Source of the DNA: Adineta vaga
Taxonomy: Eukaryota; Animalia; Rotifera
Assembly (NCBI GenBank): GCA_021613535.1
Contig: CP075496.1
Coordinates: 9,610,001 to 9,674,000, forward strand
Reading direction: 5' to 3'
Length of the DNA: 64,000 nt
Part shown: one piece after another, positions 40,057-53,504 of the stretch
Numbering within the stretch: the first letter of the stretch is position 1
Layout: the number at the start of each line of letters is the position of its first letter
Made by a program: the position numbers and the translations under genes
Notes under the pieces: model-generated
What the model was told of the DNA's origin: nothing
The model's input: only the letters and a program-made list of their open reading frames with translations
The model's database searches: none

Positions 40057-43000
40057 GTATAAAATATTTATTTCGAAAATATATGAAACGAAATCGAAAC
40101 TTCAGATCAACGTTTTTAACTAGATATAGCATTATATAATAGTTGTGGTGGTGGTGTGTGAAAGGGTTGAGAAAGTGTTTGGGTTCGGGACATTTGAGGA
40201 AAAGAAAATTTATTGCTTGACTGATCATTGCTGAGTTTATAGTCGAATCGTTGGATGAGTAGGGTGACTAATGTACTCAGCATGAAGATATTTGTTTATT
40301 TCGAATGGTTTTGGATTGTGATTTTTACAGTTTTTCATTTGCCATAGATAGTAAAGAGTTGTGACACAGTATAAAAGAGTTCACTTTGTTTTGCTTGGTG
40401 GGTTTCAAAGATAGTTATCGCATTGTTGTGGAGTTGTAATAGAGATATTTGTGTGAAATGGGAAAGGTGTTTTATAGTTTTGCGGTTATATTCTTGTTCG
40501 GCATATGAGTGCACGTTGAATAAGATGTAGATTTTGTGGACAAGGATAGAAAAGAACAGGTGAAAGGTAGGATTGTTTTTAATAACATGAGTCAATGTTG
40601 TGATTGACTCACTGGTGAAAATTGCTTTGGAATTGTGAAATTTGTTTTTTATTCGAGTAAAGTCATAAAGTAGATATGACGAAGCTCATGTCTGCTGAGA
40701 CAGACGAGAAAATAGATAAAACACTTTAAAAGCTTACTTGATATCGATGATAAGTATTCAAAATTTGATTAAAACGTTGGCAGACATTTTGCATTGAAGA
40801 AAACAGCGTAAAATCAGTGAGATGATCCAAAATTCGATAGACGAGTTCGATAGGTAATGTTGAAAATTTGTGCATATTCTCTTTAGATTCCACAAAAGTT
40901 TGTTAGAAATATAATCTATTGAATATATTTTAGTTGTAATGAGAAGAAATTCGCTTTACTGAAACTGAAAGTATTGTATTTTTATTATTGAAGAAAGAGA
41001 ATGAAGTCTGACACTTTGGAAATAAGCGAATAGTTAGTTTATGCAGAAAGATGGCGTTAATGTATGTGTTGAGTGGAATATTGTCTGCTACATTTGATCA
41101 TGAGTGTCGGTACACTCTCAGTAGATTGGTATTTTTCATTAGTCATTTTTTGAGTTTCAGAGAAGAATTCATTTTAAGAAAGGATGTTTTTGCACGTTAT
41201 ATTTAGCAAAAGTTCAATCATAAAAGGAAACCTTTGAGAGTAGGTGCCGATAGTCTCTTCTTTTGTTATACTTCTCCTACTGTCATCGATATACTGCAGA
41301 AAAATACGACTTACTAAATATATACCATACGTATGATAGATGATATTTCTTGTCTTTTAATTTCTTTAATTCATTCGAATACCCGGATCGAAAGTACCCC
41401 ATCGGATCCGAAGAAAAAATACAACATTTTCCGATAGTCGAAAACCGATGATATTCTGTGATTTCTGATACTTTCTGACAGACAAACACTCTACGTCCTA
41501 CAAGGACTTGACAAGCAGCCAGAGCGGTGCTAGTTATTTTATTTTGATCTTTGATTTGTATGCAGAGAATAAAAGCAAATTTGTTGACTGTACTTTTTCA
41601 GATTACGAAATAAGGCAAATAAGAGGCACTTTAACGATGTTTATCAGTGGGGATAGGAATAGGAATCAGAAACACTTGTCATTTAACCGTTGACTGAATA
41701 CAGGATTCGAGACCGGAATTTCAATGAATTTTACTTCTGTATAGAATAACATTTTCATGTAAGATTCGCATTAACACAAAAGACGAATTACGATTGCTCT
41801 CAGATACATTCGTCGTTTATTCTTTATTTTGATAAACTATGATAAAATCAGTTGCATCATCTAATATACGTAGAGAAAACTCAGCTTCGAAGCGAATATA
41901 GTATTAGACTTTAGTTAAAATCCAGTTTTGTAGAGCACCCACACGATCGATTAAATAAAACCAATCTTAGATGCTTCATAAGCTGTGATTATACTCTTCG
42001 CCAGCTAGTATGTGAGACAATACGAAAGGTAATGTTTTCTTCTCCAGATAATGTCCATTTTTCATTCACGTTACCTGATCAATTATATGTTTGAATCTTG
42101 AATTAAGTCGAGTTTATAGTTTCCTGTTTCCATTCGTAGATGCTCTATCCATATACGTTCTTTCTCTTTTTTTTTTTGAAAACTAGGTTTGACTATTTTT
42201 ATGCTTCTGTTCATTTGCGCAGTCAATTATTTCCCTTCAGTGTCCCCCTTCTTTAGTATAATAATAATGGATGTTAGTATACACCTCGACCAACTTCTTA
42301 TTCTTCCGCTATACTATAAAAGAATGTCTTTATTTCATTTAGAACAGCCATATATAAACAAAGAAAAGAAAAAAGAAAGATAAGGTGGTGAATGAGACAT
42401 ATTTGTACTACTAAAAAATAGAGTAATTTAGTATTAAAAATGATTCAAATATATTTAAGTACAATGAAGGAATATATGAATTAAAGTTTTGTGGATGAAC
42501 AAATGAGACGTATTGCATCATTGGTAAAATTATTTGTTACAATTGCTCATGTTTCATATTCAATGGTCAATGTTATCAAACAAAATAAACGAGTTTTTCT
42601 GTCGGAAACGAACCGTGTATGGTATAGTCTACGTACACATCGATCAATCTAAGTTTGCATAAATGATTAAATATAATCAATACCCATAATTCCTATTATT
42701 TACTTTTTTGTCATTTTGAATTATATATTGTTAATTCTTGAAGAAAAAGAAAGTCTTCAGATACAATATTTCGATTTTTTTTCAGCAACAAAAAGCACAA
42801 TGTAATTCTCATCAAAATGTTCAGAAGTTATAAAAGTCTAAACTTAATATCCCGACTGGAAGCGAACGAGGTCGTAACGGTTGCTGAGTTCGTTTTGATG
42901 TAATTGCTGCTAACTGAACTATGTTCTCTTTATATAGACCTGAATTGACAGATCGTATAGGTCTGAGTATCACAATTTTAGCATAAATATGCGTTTTGAA

Positions 43001-43378
43001 TACTTGTATACCATTGAACTATCAACACAACAGATGTTATTCTATTTCTATCATTTTTCCGGAAGGTATACACGTTCTATTTAGAACGGTTCCGATAAAA
43101 ATGAAACTTATGTGATACATTTGTTTTCTTCTTGCAAATTTTCAATCACATCCATCCAGAAAAAACACAAATATATATTGAAATTCAGATCAATACGAAT
43201 TATCTAATCTAACATCATCAGTTGTTTAATTATAGCTCTCTCGACACAGCCATCTATCGAATTTCGAATCTGATTCGAGAATAGAAAATCTCCAATAAAT
43301 CTTCATTTTATTCGAATTTTTATATTTTATTCTATTTCAAACAAACAATAATCGAATTGACATATGACATTGACATTC

Positions 43379-44956
43379 ATGGCTGATCGAAACGAAGAAA
43401 GTTCAACTATTCCAAAACATGATTCTCATCAATCACCAATCGATACAGATGAAGAAGAAAAACATTTTAGAAAAGTGATCAATGCATTTCTTTATTATAA
43501 GTAACAAGATTTAACCTTTTTTTTTAAACAATCAAATGTTGTTTTTCAAGAACTTTAGCACGAAATCGAATTCGTCGTGCATTTTATTCTTACGGTCGAT
43601 TATCTGCAACACATAAACGTTTAGTACCAAACTATGAAACATATCTTGCTCAATTACTAAAATGTATTGATCAAAAGTAAACAGAACAATGAAGATTTCT
43701 AAAATCTCATCAGAATCTTTCATTTTAGTGATGCATTGATTCAACAAATATTAAATGGTTGTGAACATTTATTTAATAATTATTCGATTATTTCAAATTC
43801 AAATGATATCAAACAATCGGTAAGTTCAGTGGAGTTTCTCTAAGGATGAAGATGTTTAGATATAATTCATCCATCTGTACGATTAGTCTTCTTCCAGTCA
43901 ACTGAACAAGATTCATTATCACCTCCATCTGGTGTTACATTAATGGATATGGATAAAGTGAAAACAACGATTAAACAATTTGTTCGTGATTGGAGTGAAG
44001 ATGGTCGACAAGAACGATTGATTTGCTATGCACCAATTATTGAAGAAGTGAAACGAAGATTTCCAGTAACATCAACAATTGATAATGATGTTTCAGCTGT
44101 TCAAATTCTTGTGCCAGGTGCTGGTCTGGGACGTTTAAGTTGGGAATTTGCTCGACTTGGTTATACTTGTCAAGGCAATGAAGTTAGTTTATATATGTTA
44201 ATTGCTTCTCATTTCATATTAAATAAGTAAAATAAAGAGAAATTTCCATTTATTTTCTTTTGAAATTGTATTGTTTGAATAGATGTTCACAAGTGAATGC
44301 TCATACAATTCATCCATGGATATTAAATTTTTGTAATAATGTTTCTAATGATGATCAACTACGAGCTGTTCAATTTCCAGATGTCAATACAGCTTCATTA
44401 CCAGTCGATTCACGATTTAGTATGTCAGCTGGTGATTTTCTTCAAATTTATAATGATCCAAGTTTGTTTTCTTTTGATTTGAAACGATGAAAGATCTTCT
44501 TATTTATTTTTAGATGATTGGGATTGTATAACAACATGTTTCTTTATTGATACAGCTCATAATATTATTGAATATGTGGAACGATTATGGACAATTCTTA
44601 AACCAGGTGGTATTTGGATTAATTTTGGTTTGTTATCAATTGATTCTATTGATTTATTTCTTCTATTCTTTGACATTTCTTAGGTCCATTACTTTATCAT
44701 TTCGAAGATATTCCAAATGAAGAATCATTTGAATTGAGTTATACTGATCTACGATCTGTTATTCTTAGTTGTGGCTTTCAAATCGAAGTAAATTCTTTCT
44801 TTTTTTCATTTTGATTGAGATCAGTTGTTCATTTGTTCTCATTCTTTTTAGAATGAAAAATTACCTATTCGAACCGGATATATCAAAAATGATCGATCAA
44901 TGCTTCATTATGAATATGATTGCGTTTTTTTCGTGGCTGTTAAACCTAGACAATGA
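43379..44956 (+). CDS. CARNMT1: Carnosine N-methyltransferase (N2227-like)
   Basis: [79 protein letters not shown]; multiple short introns. Confidence 0.9.
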
Positions 44957-45062
44957 AATTGATTTCTTTTCTTTGACTAATAAATCAAGATAATAAACAA
45001 GAAAGATACAGTTTTTATTTTATCAAAGAAAAGACTCATATCTCTAAAGATATATATATATA

Positions 45063-45086
45063 CAAGTAACGCAACGTAAGCGTTGC
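45063..45086 (-). mobile_element. Possible Helitron-like 3' terminus
   Basis: On the minus strand, hairpin GCAACG-CTTA-CGTTGC followed by gtta-CTTG, abutting a TA run. Confidence 0.35.
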
Positions 45087-47066
45087 TAAGCCTTCTACTG
45101 AAACTTGTCTGCTCATGTTCAATGTGCAGCCAGTACACGTTCATGAGAAAATTAAGCAATTCCAAATTGTGCGCATCGGATTCTATAAAGAAATCCGATG
45201 TTTGTCTCTGTATTGATAATAGCAGGTTTCTATTTATTTTCTTATATTAGATTTGTATTCTTATCATGGGTAAGAGCCACACAGTAATCAGTATTCGACG
45301 AAACGCCTAAATGTAGAAAAGATCTAAGAACATGAGATGATTATTTTTGATAATTAATGTGACATTCCATTTATTTTAGTCATCTATTTCATATATTAAA
45401 CAATGTTCAATCAAATGATATCCAAATTAACAAACTTTTTGAGTAAAATATTTACTTCATAATAAAACTTTCTATAACTGACGATATCAGTCAATTCCTA
45501 GACCTCTAAAAACCTTTGGTCAAACTTTATAAAAAAAGAAAAGCTATACATAACTACTGAACAACCAATAGAAATCAAGAAATGAACGAACATCAGCTCG
45601 TTTTTACATGGTATCTGCTCGGCGGATTACCTTCCTTTCAGCAAAAGGAATTACTTATACGAACGTATCTATATCATTCACATTGGATGATATTAAATCA
45701 TGGTTTCTCAAATGTCAACCTACACTAAAATTAGAAAAAGGAATTGAATTCGATCCATAATCTTCATTAACGCTTCTTGGTTGTCGTATTGGTCGAGCGG
45801 ACCTATTTCAGTCTTTTATTTTATACTTCATCAAGAACTTTTGTTTTGAATCAAGTCCCTCATTTATTCTGTAGTTTATTTCATTCTAACAATGTCACAG
45901 AAGTGACTCATCAAACATCTAATTATTTTTTACTACTTTCACAATCACAAAAAGAGACATAACAGTTGCTGTAAATTAAAAAAAAGATGTACACCGCTTT
46001 ATAAAAGTTAAATACAACACTTGAAGCGAAGAAAAAAAAATCTTTTTTCTATAATTTTCTATACGTGGGTTCAGGCGGACCCCAGGACAACCACGGAGAA
46101 TTACACTAACCAGGAGAGTAGTAACAACACATGAGATATTAAATACTCGTAAGTAGTTAACATAGGTGTTCATAAATGTTATGTGAATCATAAATTTAGT
46201 TCTATCTTTTTTTTTTACTATGTTGATAATGTTTAGTGTGAAAAGTTGCCGTGCACCCCCACTGTGTAGAAATTGAGCATGAATTATCAGTGATTTCGCA
46301 AAAATCGAAGTCTAAAATTTGAAAATCTAACATATCATAACTGATGAATAGTTTCTTGACATCAATTATGATCGGGACTTAAAATTAGGTGTAAATTATC
46401 CCACATTTTCTTTTCATTTTGTCATAGGATACATTTCTTCACTGTAGTTATTTATAACATCTAAAAAAAGCAATTCGAAATCTTACTCGAGTCAAAACAA
46501 AAACCTTATGTAACTTTCTACCACTGGTAAAAATCTCAGCTCACATGATCGACATCTAGTTGAAATATTTAAATTTCTTATCAGAATTTTACTTACGGTA
46601 CACCCTGCACAACACTGAACCATTTGGAACTTGAATAAAAACCTTTATCTTAACTATTGTTATTATTCACGAGCTTTATTAACTTTTGATGTAGGTTGAA
46701 CTCGATATTGATTAAATAGATGCATTTCTTCCTGATAATTTTATTCTTCGTACTTTCATCTCTTATTTGACCAATATATTGCGTGTAACATGATGCAGAA
46801 GTGTCCCACAAAGAACAGAATTAAGTATTGATCGTTTTATTTTCGTTTTCTCTCCATGTTTTCATTCGCAATGGTAAATAAGTATCTTTTTCTTTTCTCA
46901 ATTCATTTCGTAAATACCTTGATGTTTCTTATTGCATGTCTAATCGAACGGGTGAAGATGTTTACTAATGTTTTAAAAGAAAAATCGTATGAACTATATA
47001 TACAGTAATACAAGAAACATAGATAGAAGAATATTTTGTTCATGAATATCTACGGTAAGCGCAAAT

Positions 47067-47544
47067 GGTATTAAATATGAATACGAAACGATCAAAACGA
47101 TCCTTTCTAAAAATCATAATAAAAAACTATTCAATCGATACGATCGTTTTCTTGTTCGACATAGCATTTAGAACAAATGCCGGAATTTCTTTGGTGTTCA
47201 AATCCAGAATGTGCTATGGGACAATTAAATGATGGAGAAAGATCAAATAATATTGTCAGTTGTATAAAATGTCGAAGAAAAACATGTTTTACATGTCAAG
47301 AATATGATGTATTTGTTGATGGAATGATCAATCAAGTATGGAATGGATTACACAAAATACGAAAGAATGTCCGAAATGTCATTTTCGAATTGAAAAAAAT
47401 GATGGATGTGATCATATGACTTGTATCAAATGTCATTATGAATTTTGTTGGTCTTGTCGAGCAGATTTTGATCTAATAAGAAAGAATGGAAATCATCGAC
47501 ACGATTCCAATTGTAAACATTATGCAGCATATAATGAATCGTAA
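47067..47544 (+). pseudogene. 3' part of an RBR E3 ligase gene (IBR + RING2), frameshifted
   Basis: GIKYEYETIKTIL..YDRF, WCSNPEC..CIKCRRKTCF, TKECPKCHFRIEKNDGCDHMTCIKCHYEFCWSC. Two frameshifts and a truncated IBR. Confidence 0.75.
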
Positions 47545-47989
47545 TAATTGTTTTGTTGATCGATTTGTCTTTTTTTCTATATATTTGCAATAGTATCAAT
47601 TAATAGAAATAAACTATGTCATATATAATTAAGGTGGTAGTGTGCCAATAATCTAATTTTGTGATAAGAACGGGTTCAACATCCTTTAGTAGAAGTAAGG
47701 CATGCATTTCTACTTTATTTCATGATTGATTTTCAACAGGAGGATACGAAATTACAATGTTGGTATTTTTTCAAGTTGATTGATATTCTACAAAGTAGAA
47801 ATTAGATATATAATCATCAATTATAATAATGTACTTCAGTGAGATAGTAGAATAAGATCAGAAGTAGATTAAAACGATTTTCAGTATTCCAATATTCAGA
47901 AATAGGTGCACATAACACGTAAATATCTTTATTTTTCGTTTTACTTTTGATTGATTAAACTTTGATCGTATTTGCTATTTTTATTTTTG

Positions 47990-48980
47990 ATCAGCTTTCT
48001 TCGTGCAAGAGGAGTATAATGTAACGAAATACGAATTCATAGTTGCCAAATTCGATTATAATTTTATTTGTATGATATAGGAAAAATATTTGAGAACGAA
48101 TATGAATAAACTGAAAGCCATTGGACCGAAAGATGAAGTTCCATCCATGATATCATGAGCATCAAAATCCATCAATGTTGTTTCAAATAGCATCTCTGCT
48201 ATTTTCATTACACTTGATGAAGTAGTAAATCGTCTGGATATAAATAAAAAGTAAAATAAAAACACGAATGATGTGAATACAATCGAAAACATCGTCGAAG
48301 ATGATAACAGATCTTTTTGTAACATGTCAAATCGTTTCAATAAATAATAATATTCGACAACTAAATCGACAGGGACAAACAAATTTCATTGTTCCGAAAA
48401 AAAAGCAACAAAAACCAATAAAATATGTATACAAATCATTCACATACGACCAAAACTCTCGCAAATACTTCATCTTCAATCGTATGATACATTTCACTTC
48501 TATCATCATATAAATGATAAATATCATGTACATCACACTGCTATCATCATATAAATGATAAATATCATGTACATCACACTGCAGATCACTTTTAATAATG
48601 ATGAAAATACTACAAAAAAAATCCATCATTACAATTAAGACATAACTGTGTATTAGTCACTCTCAAATGGCAAAATGGTTCAAATCGAGATTGTGTCGAA
48701 ACACCAGCACCACTCGATGTGATTTCACCGAGAAGAACGACCAAAGTGAATGAATCAACATTTGGATTGTATAGAAGAAACTATGTTCTAACCTATTCCA
48801 ATAGTCATTTACTGATAGCCTCGAGCAGCCGCTGCTATTGAAAGATCCTAGGAAAGCAGTATATCGATGTAAAGAACATCGTTGTCGTTATGTACGACGT
48901 GGTATACTAACTGCACCTGTTAATGGACCCAGTTTTTGTCTAATAGAATATCGAGGATAAGAAAACTAAATACAAAAATG
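47990..48980 (-). pseudogene. Decayed polycystin (PKD1L) cation-channel domain
   Basis: NVDSFTLVVLLGE..SRFEP, LKMKYLREFWSY, GFCCFFFGTMKF, AEMLFETTLMDFDA..GPMAFSLFIF; stops and frameshifts. Confidence 0.65.
48500..48581. repeat. Perfect 41-bp tandem duplication inside the PKD pseudogene
   Basis: ctatcatcatataaatgataaatatcatgtacatcacactg occurs twice in tandem. Confidence 0.9.
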
Positions 48981-49242
48981 TATTAATAAAAAAAAATCTT
49001 TTTGAATCATCCGGTCACGAAGGATTTCTATATAAGTCTTTAATGAATGAAAGATAGCCACTGATTGGTTTCTATGACGAGAACATGTATTTCGTTTAGA
49101 ACAATAACGCTGATGGTAAAAATTGATTCATTCAATCAGTTATTAATAAAAAGATGTAAATATGTTCATGAACTGTATCAGCATGACTTGCATCTGTGAG
49201 ACTCAATGTCAATAACAATCGATCAGTATTGAGTTTTAAATA

Positions 49243-52200
49243 TTAAGACTGCTCATTAGTCTCCTCGCAGTCCTCTTGCAATTGATGTTTATTTTTCAAC
49301 ATTTCAATACTATCCATCGCGTGTTTATTGGCATGAGCTGTTGCTTGTCTGTTGTATTCTGCCGGATTCTCTTTGTATAGGTGAGCTTTTTCAAGAGACA
49401 TGGCATCATCGAAGTTCGGTACTTTCAAAAGATCAACAATATTTTCAAAGATCGTACTCATGTTTGTTTTCACATGCCAATTTCGATTCAAAATTTGATG
49501 ACAAATTTTTCCATCACCATTGATATTCACGTGATATATAGGTGTAAAAAAGCGAACATCTGGTGCGCAGTTCGGATAGATTTGGTCGAATTGAATGTAT
49601 AACATCCAAAATCTGTTTGCGTAAGGTGTATTTGAAGGTCCTTTCAAGCTTACTTTCCAAAAAGCTATATTTTCACGAACAATGAAAACAATGATATCCG
49701 CTAAAGGACGTCTATTTATTGCATTGTATTCATTCAAAATACGACGAACACATATTGAATTGTTCATGTTCTCGTTTAGTAATGGTCGATGAATTGCTGG
49801 TTCGCTGAAAGCGAGAGGAATGTCGCGTTCGGGCTTGTCGATTATACCAGATTTGGTCGTGGATCGTTTTGAAAGCCATATAGCTGCTTCTTGCTCAAAA
49901 ATAGAAGCCAGTTCAATGTCCGATCGACTTTTCAGATCTTTATAAACATAGCCACCTGAATCGATACACAATCGACGAGTTTGTTTAACTTTAACAATGT
50001 CTTCTTGTGTTTTCAGTTCATTATCGTTTATAAACGAAATAAAATCCATCACAATTCCACTCTTTTCAATATGTCGTTTTACATCCTTAATTAATACTTT
50101 ACTATAATTATCAATTCCATCAGAAAAACAAATAATCAATTTTTTACAATCTTTATGCGCTCGTATTGGGCTTTTCGTGAATACATTAATTTGTCGAATT
50201 GCTTCATGAATGGCGTCATACATACATGTCCATTCTCCGCCACATTCATCAAGAGAAAGTGCCCGATCGAACTTTTCATGATTTGGAGTAATGGGACAGA
50301 GTGTTTTATATTTTGTTTCAAACTGAATTAAACCAATTGCATACACTTCGTTTATTGAACGTATATTGTCACTTAATCTTGCTAACATTATTTTGCAAAT
50401 GTCAATATGAGAGCAATTCTTCACTTTATCATAAGATGGAACACGATAATCAGACATCGATCGACTACGATCGAGAAGAATTATAGTAGCTTGACGTGTT
50501 GGATTAGTAGCAATATCATTTGATAATGCATCAGCATGGGTTATGTTGATTTTCAAACTAGTATTGAAATGTAAAGGTAATCGAGGATCTGGGAGGTGTT
50601 GTTTTTCATCCAAAATTAACTCTGGTTTCACATTACGATATGAATTATCTTTCGTACAACTGAGAGGATCAAAAATTTGAAAGAAATGATTCATATCTCT
50701 TGGCGTTTTTGCATCAGAACGGATTTCATTTTTTGATGTTACAAGTAGTCCCACTGTACGATCTTTTTCTAATAAAATAAGTTGATTTCGAGTATGATTA
50801 GTCACAGCACCACGTGTAATTATACTAAATGAACGATAATCATTTTTGTGTGCTATAATCCTATATAACTCTTTCACTTCGGTGTCTGTCCAATACTTTA
50901 ATAATTTTAAATCTGGGATGTTCTGTTCTCTTGGATCGTATATTATATAAACATCGCACTGACATTGTGTGTTGCGAGAAGTTTTCATTGAATTCGATAA
51001 ATACGACGTCAATGATCGAATATCAACGTGATGTTTTAGATCTTCATAATCGTGTTTATCGTCAAATTCTTCTAATAAAAGTGCTTGCCGATTACTTGTT
51101 GAGGTCGTCACAGGATCTTGAAAATAAGTAGAATGTAGTTTGTTATTATTAATCAGGGTGACATTCAAGAAGTAATCTTCTTCAATCGAGTTTGGATCAC
51201 AATTTTCTAGTATCCAACAGATTAACAGTGGTATAAAATCACAAATTTCTTTTGTGTCAATTTTGTTTGGATCGCACAAATGATTTAATAACTGGATTAA
51301 TGAGTCCATAAGTAGTGCTTTTTCGAATGTAAATATGAAACCATCGATTGTGTGTTTCAATGCGAGAATAGCTGGTGGAAATAAATATTTTCTTAGTTCC
51401 CGAAAAAATTCTGCTTCCATGATCATTCGTTCAACTTTTAATTCTGCATTTTCAGGTCGAAAATATAGTCTCAAAGCAAATAGACTACTGAGAAAAACGC
51501 TTTGAGGACGTTCTAATTGTTTGTATTCGTTAAAATGAAATGGACACCACCAATATGAATTGCCGAAAACAGGAGTTTTATCATCGTCAATTTGATACAT
51601 CGAGTTATCATATTCTTCTGGTAATCCATAGACATAGAAGTCTACTGCGTTGTTTTGAGAAGAATGCATAGGTGGTGAGAGTAAAAGAAAATCCTTAACT
51701 AATGCATTACGATCACTTTCGACAAATATGTGAAGTCGATGATTGAAGAGAAGGATAGTGTGTGTATTTCGTGAATAACGTTCTTGACAAAATTCAATTT
51801 TATGCCAGATTGCATTAATGAACTCTTTCATTGAGGTCTGTTGAGGTATTTCGATACAATAGCTTCTACATAACGTGCAAATACGAACTGTTAATGATTT
51901 TGTGTCGTCTAAATTGAGCGAAACATCGTTCGTCTCATCTACTTCTTCATCCGATGTTGATCGAGGTGATTCAAATGATTCTTCTTCTGTTGTATCTTCT
52001 GAGACAGTTTCAGAATGTTTACGTACCGATGGTTCAGGAACACAAGGTATGTCTTTATCATCAATGATCTCCTTGTCAGATTCTCCAGAAATACGTATTT
52101 TTTTCTGATTGTGTTCGCGTATTCTAATAGATGGTGATATGGGCCGATTTTCATCTGCTTTTTGTTCGATTGAAGATTGTGATGTAGTATGTTTAGTTTT

Positions 52201-53504
52201 CTCAGAAGATTCTTCGTCATTGATGTCCAATAATAAAGGTCGATTAAGTGGTATATTAAAACTTTTTAATCTGGTAACATCTCTTATTGATTGAGGTGAA
52301 TTACCGCTATAGGATGGTTTTCGTTGTGACTTCGAAGAGACACTTTCATCGTCGGAAACAGAATCTGGATAATCATCTGATTGTTTTCTTGCATATGTAA
52401 AGCTATCGTTATTTCTACCGAGAAGTTTGTGCTTTGGCTGATGAGCAATCTTTGGTTGCTTTGGCGTATCTATCAATGTTTGAAAGAACTCAATTCGCAT
52501 TCTAAGTACTCGTATGTTATCATGCAAAATCGATAGCTTTCCCTTTTTTGATACCCATACTTACAGTCATAATCTTAAGATAATTGAGAAAAATATATAC
52601 ATTCGATTTAGTATTGTTTTCTCGCTAAGCTAAATATCAGAACGAAATAGCAGTTCTATCTCTCTAAGCTTAGTCGAATGTCACGCTAAGCGCAGCAATT
52701 CTATATATGAAATGATGCGTTTTACGCAAATTTCATCATAACCCATAAAGAAAATGAAATGAGTAATAATGAAAAAGTCTTCTCACCCTTATCATTCTTT
52801 GGCACCAAAAATACTTTTCCTACGATAGAACTTGATCGATATGGTACTTGAAAGCCACGTGTTTGTAAACTAACAGCATCCGATACATCTTTCATTATTT
52901 CTTCAATATCTGTATTTGGTCTTTTAATGTGCTCTAACAAATTTTCCATAAAGCTACCATTTCTGTCATTTCGTGTTTCATCTTGTACTGCGCCACCAGG
53001 AGCGCAACCAAACACGATAAGAGTTTGTCGTAATCCATCTATCTTTGATAAACCTTCATTACTACGAGATGTTCCACTGTGTATTCTGCTTCGACAGCAA
53101 TCAAACAAATATATGACAGCGGCACATTTTTTAGACACTAATCTTTTCGTTATATAGTTGACATTAATTGCGTTAGTTTTAATATAGTCGCGTTCACTTC
53201 CTCCAAAGTCGAAACAATAATCAACAGGTAACAGATAGTTTTCATCATTATATTGTTTACCATGTCCAGCAAGATAGATAATTGCTAAATCTTCAGGCTG
53301 AAGTTCGTCAGTAAATTGGTCTATTTTTCTGTAAAATAGAGCTAATTCACAGTCTTTTTCAAATGTTACATGAAAGTGAATATCTTCGAGGACTTCTCGT
53401 AAGTCGTCAGCATCATTGACACAATAATTTAATGGATCTCTTGCATATTTATCAATGCCAATAACTAATGCACGTTTTCGTTTGTAAACAACGATAGATA
53501 CCAT
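49243..53504 (-). CDS. Caspase-like domain + acidic/Ser linker + possible Ubl domain + vWA + E2 (UBC) fusion
   Basis: Exon 53504-52787 (AGHG, FDCCR) has a phase-1 donor that matches the acceptor before 52469 (optional 9-nt exon 52573-52565). vWA MIDAS: LLDRSRSM, TCMYDAI, FSDGIDN. E2: GPSNTPY, IYHVNINGDGKIC. Confidence 0.75.

Noticed and set aside
41380-41720. MITE-like sequence (similar motifs near 34900 and 36180-36290)
   Set aside because: Imperfect ends; copy number cannot be assessed within the window.
46060-46266. CCCACTGTG (reverse of a CACAGTG Transib/RSS-like end) and GC-rich repeat-like motifs
   Set aside because: No matching opposite terminus or target-site duplication found; a 7-9 bp match is weak evidence.
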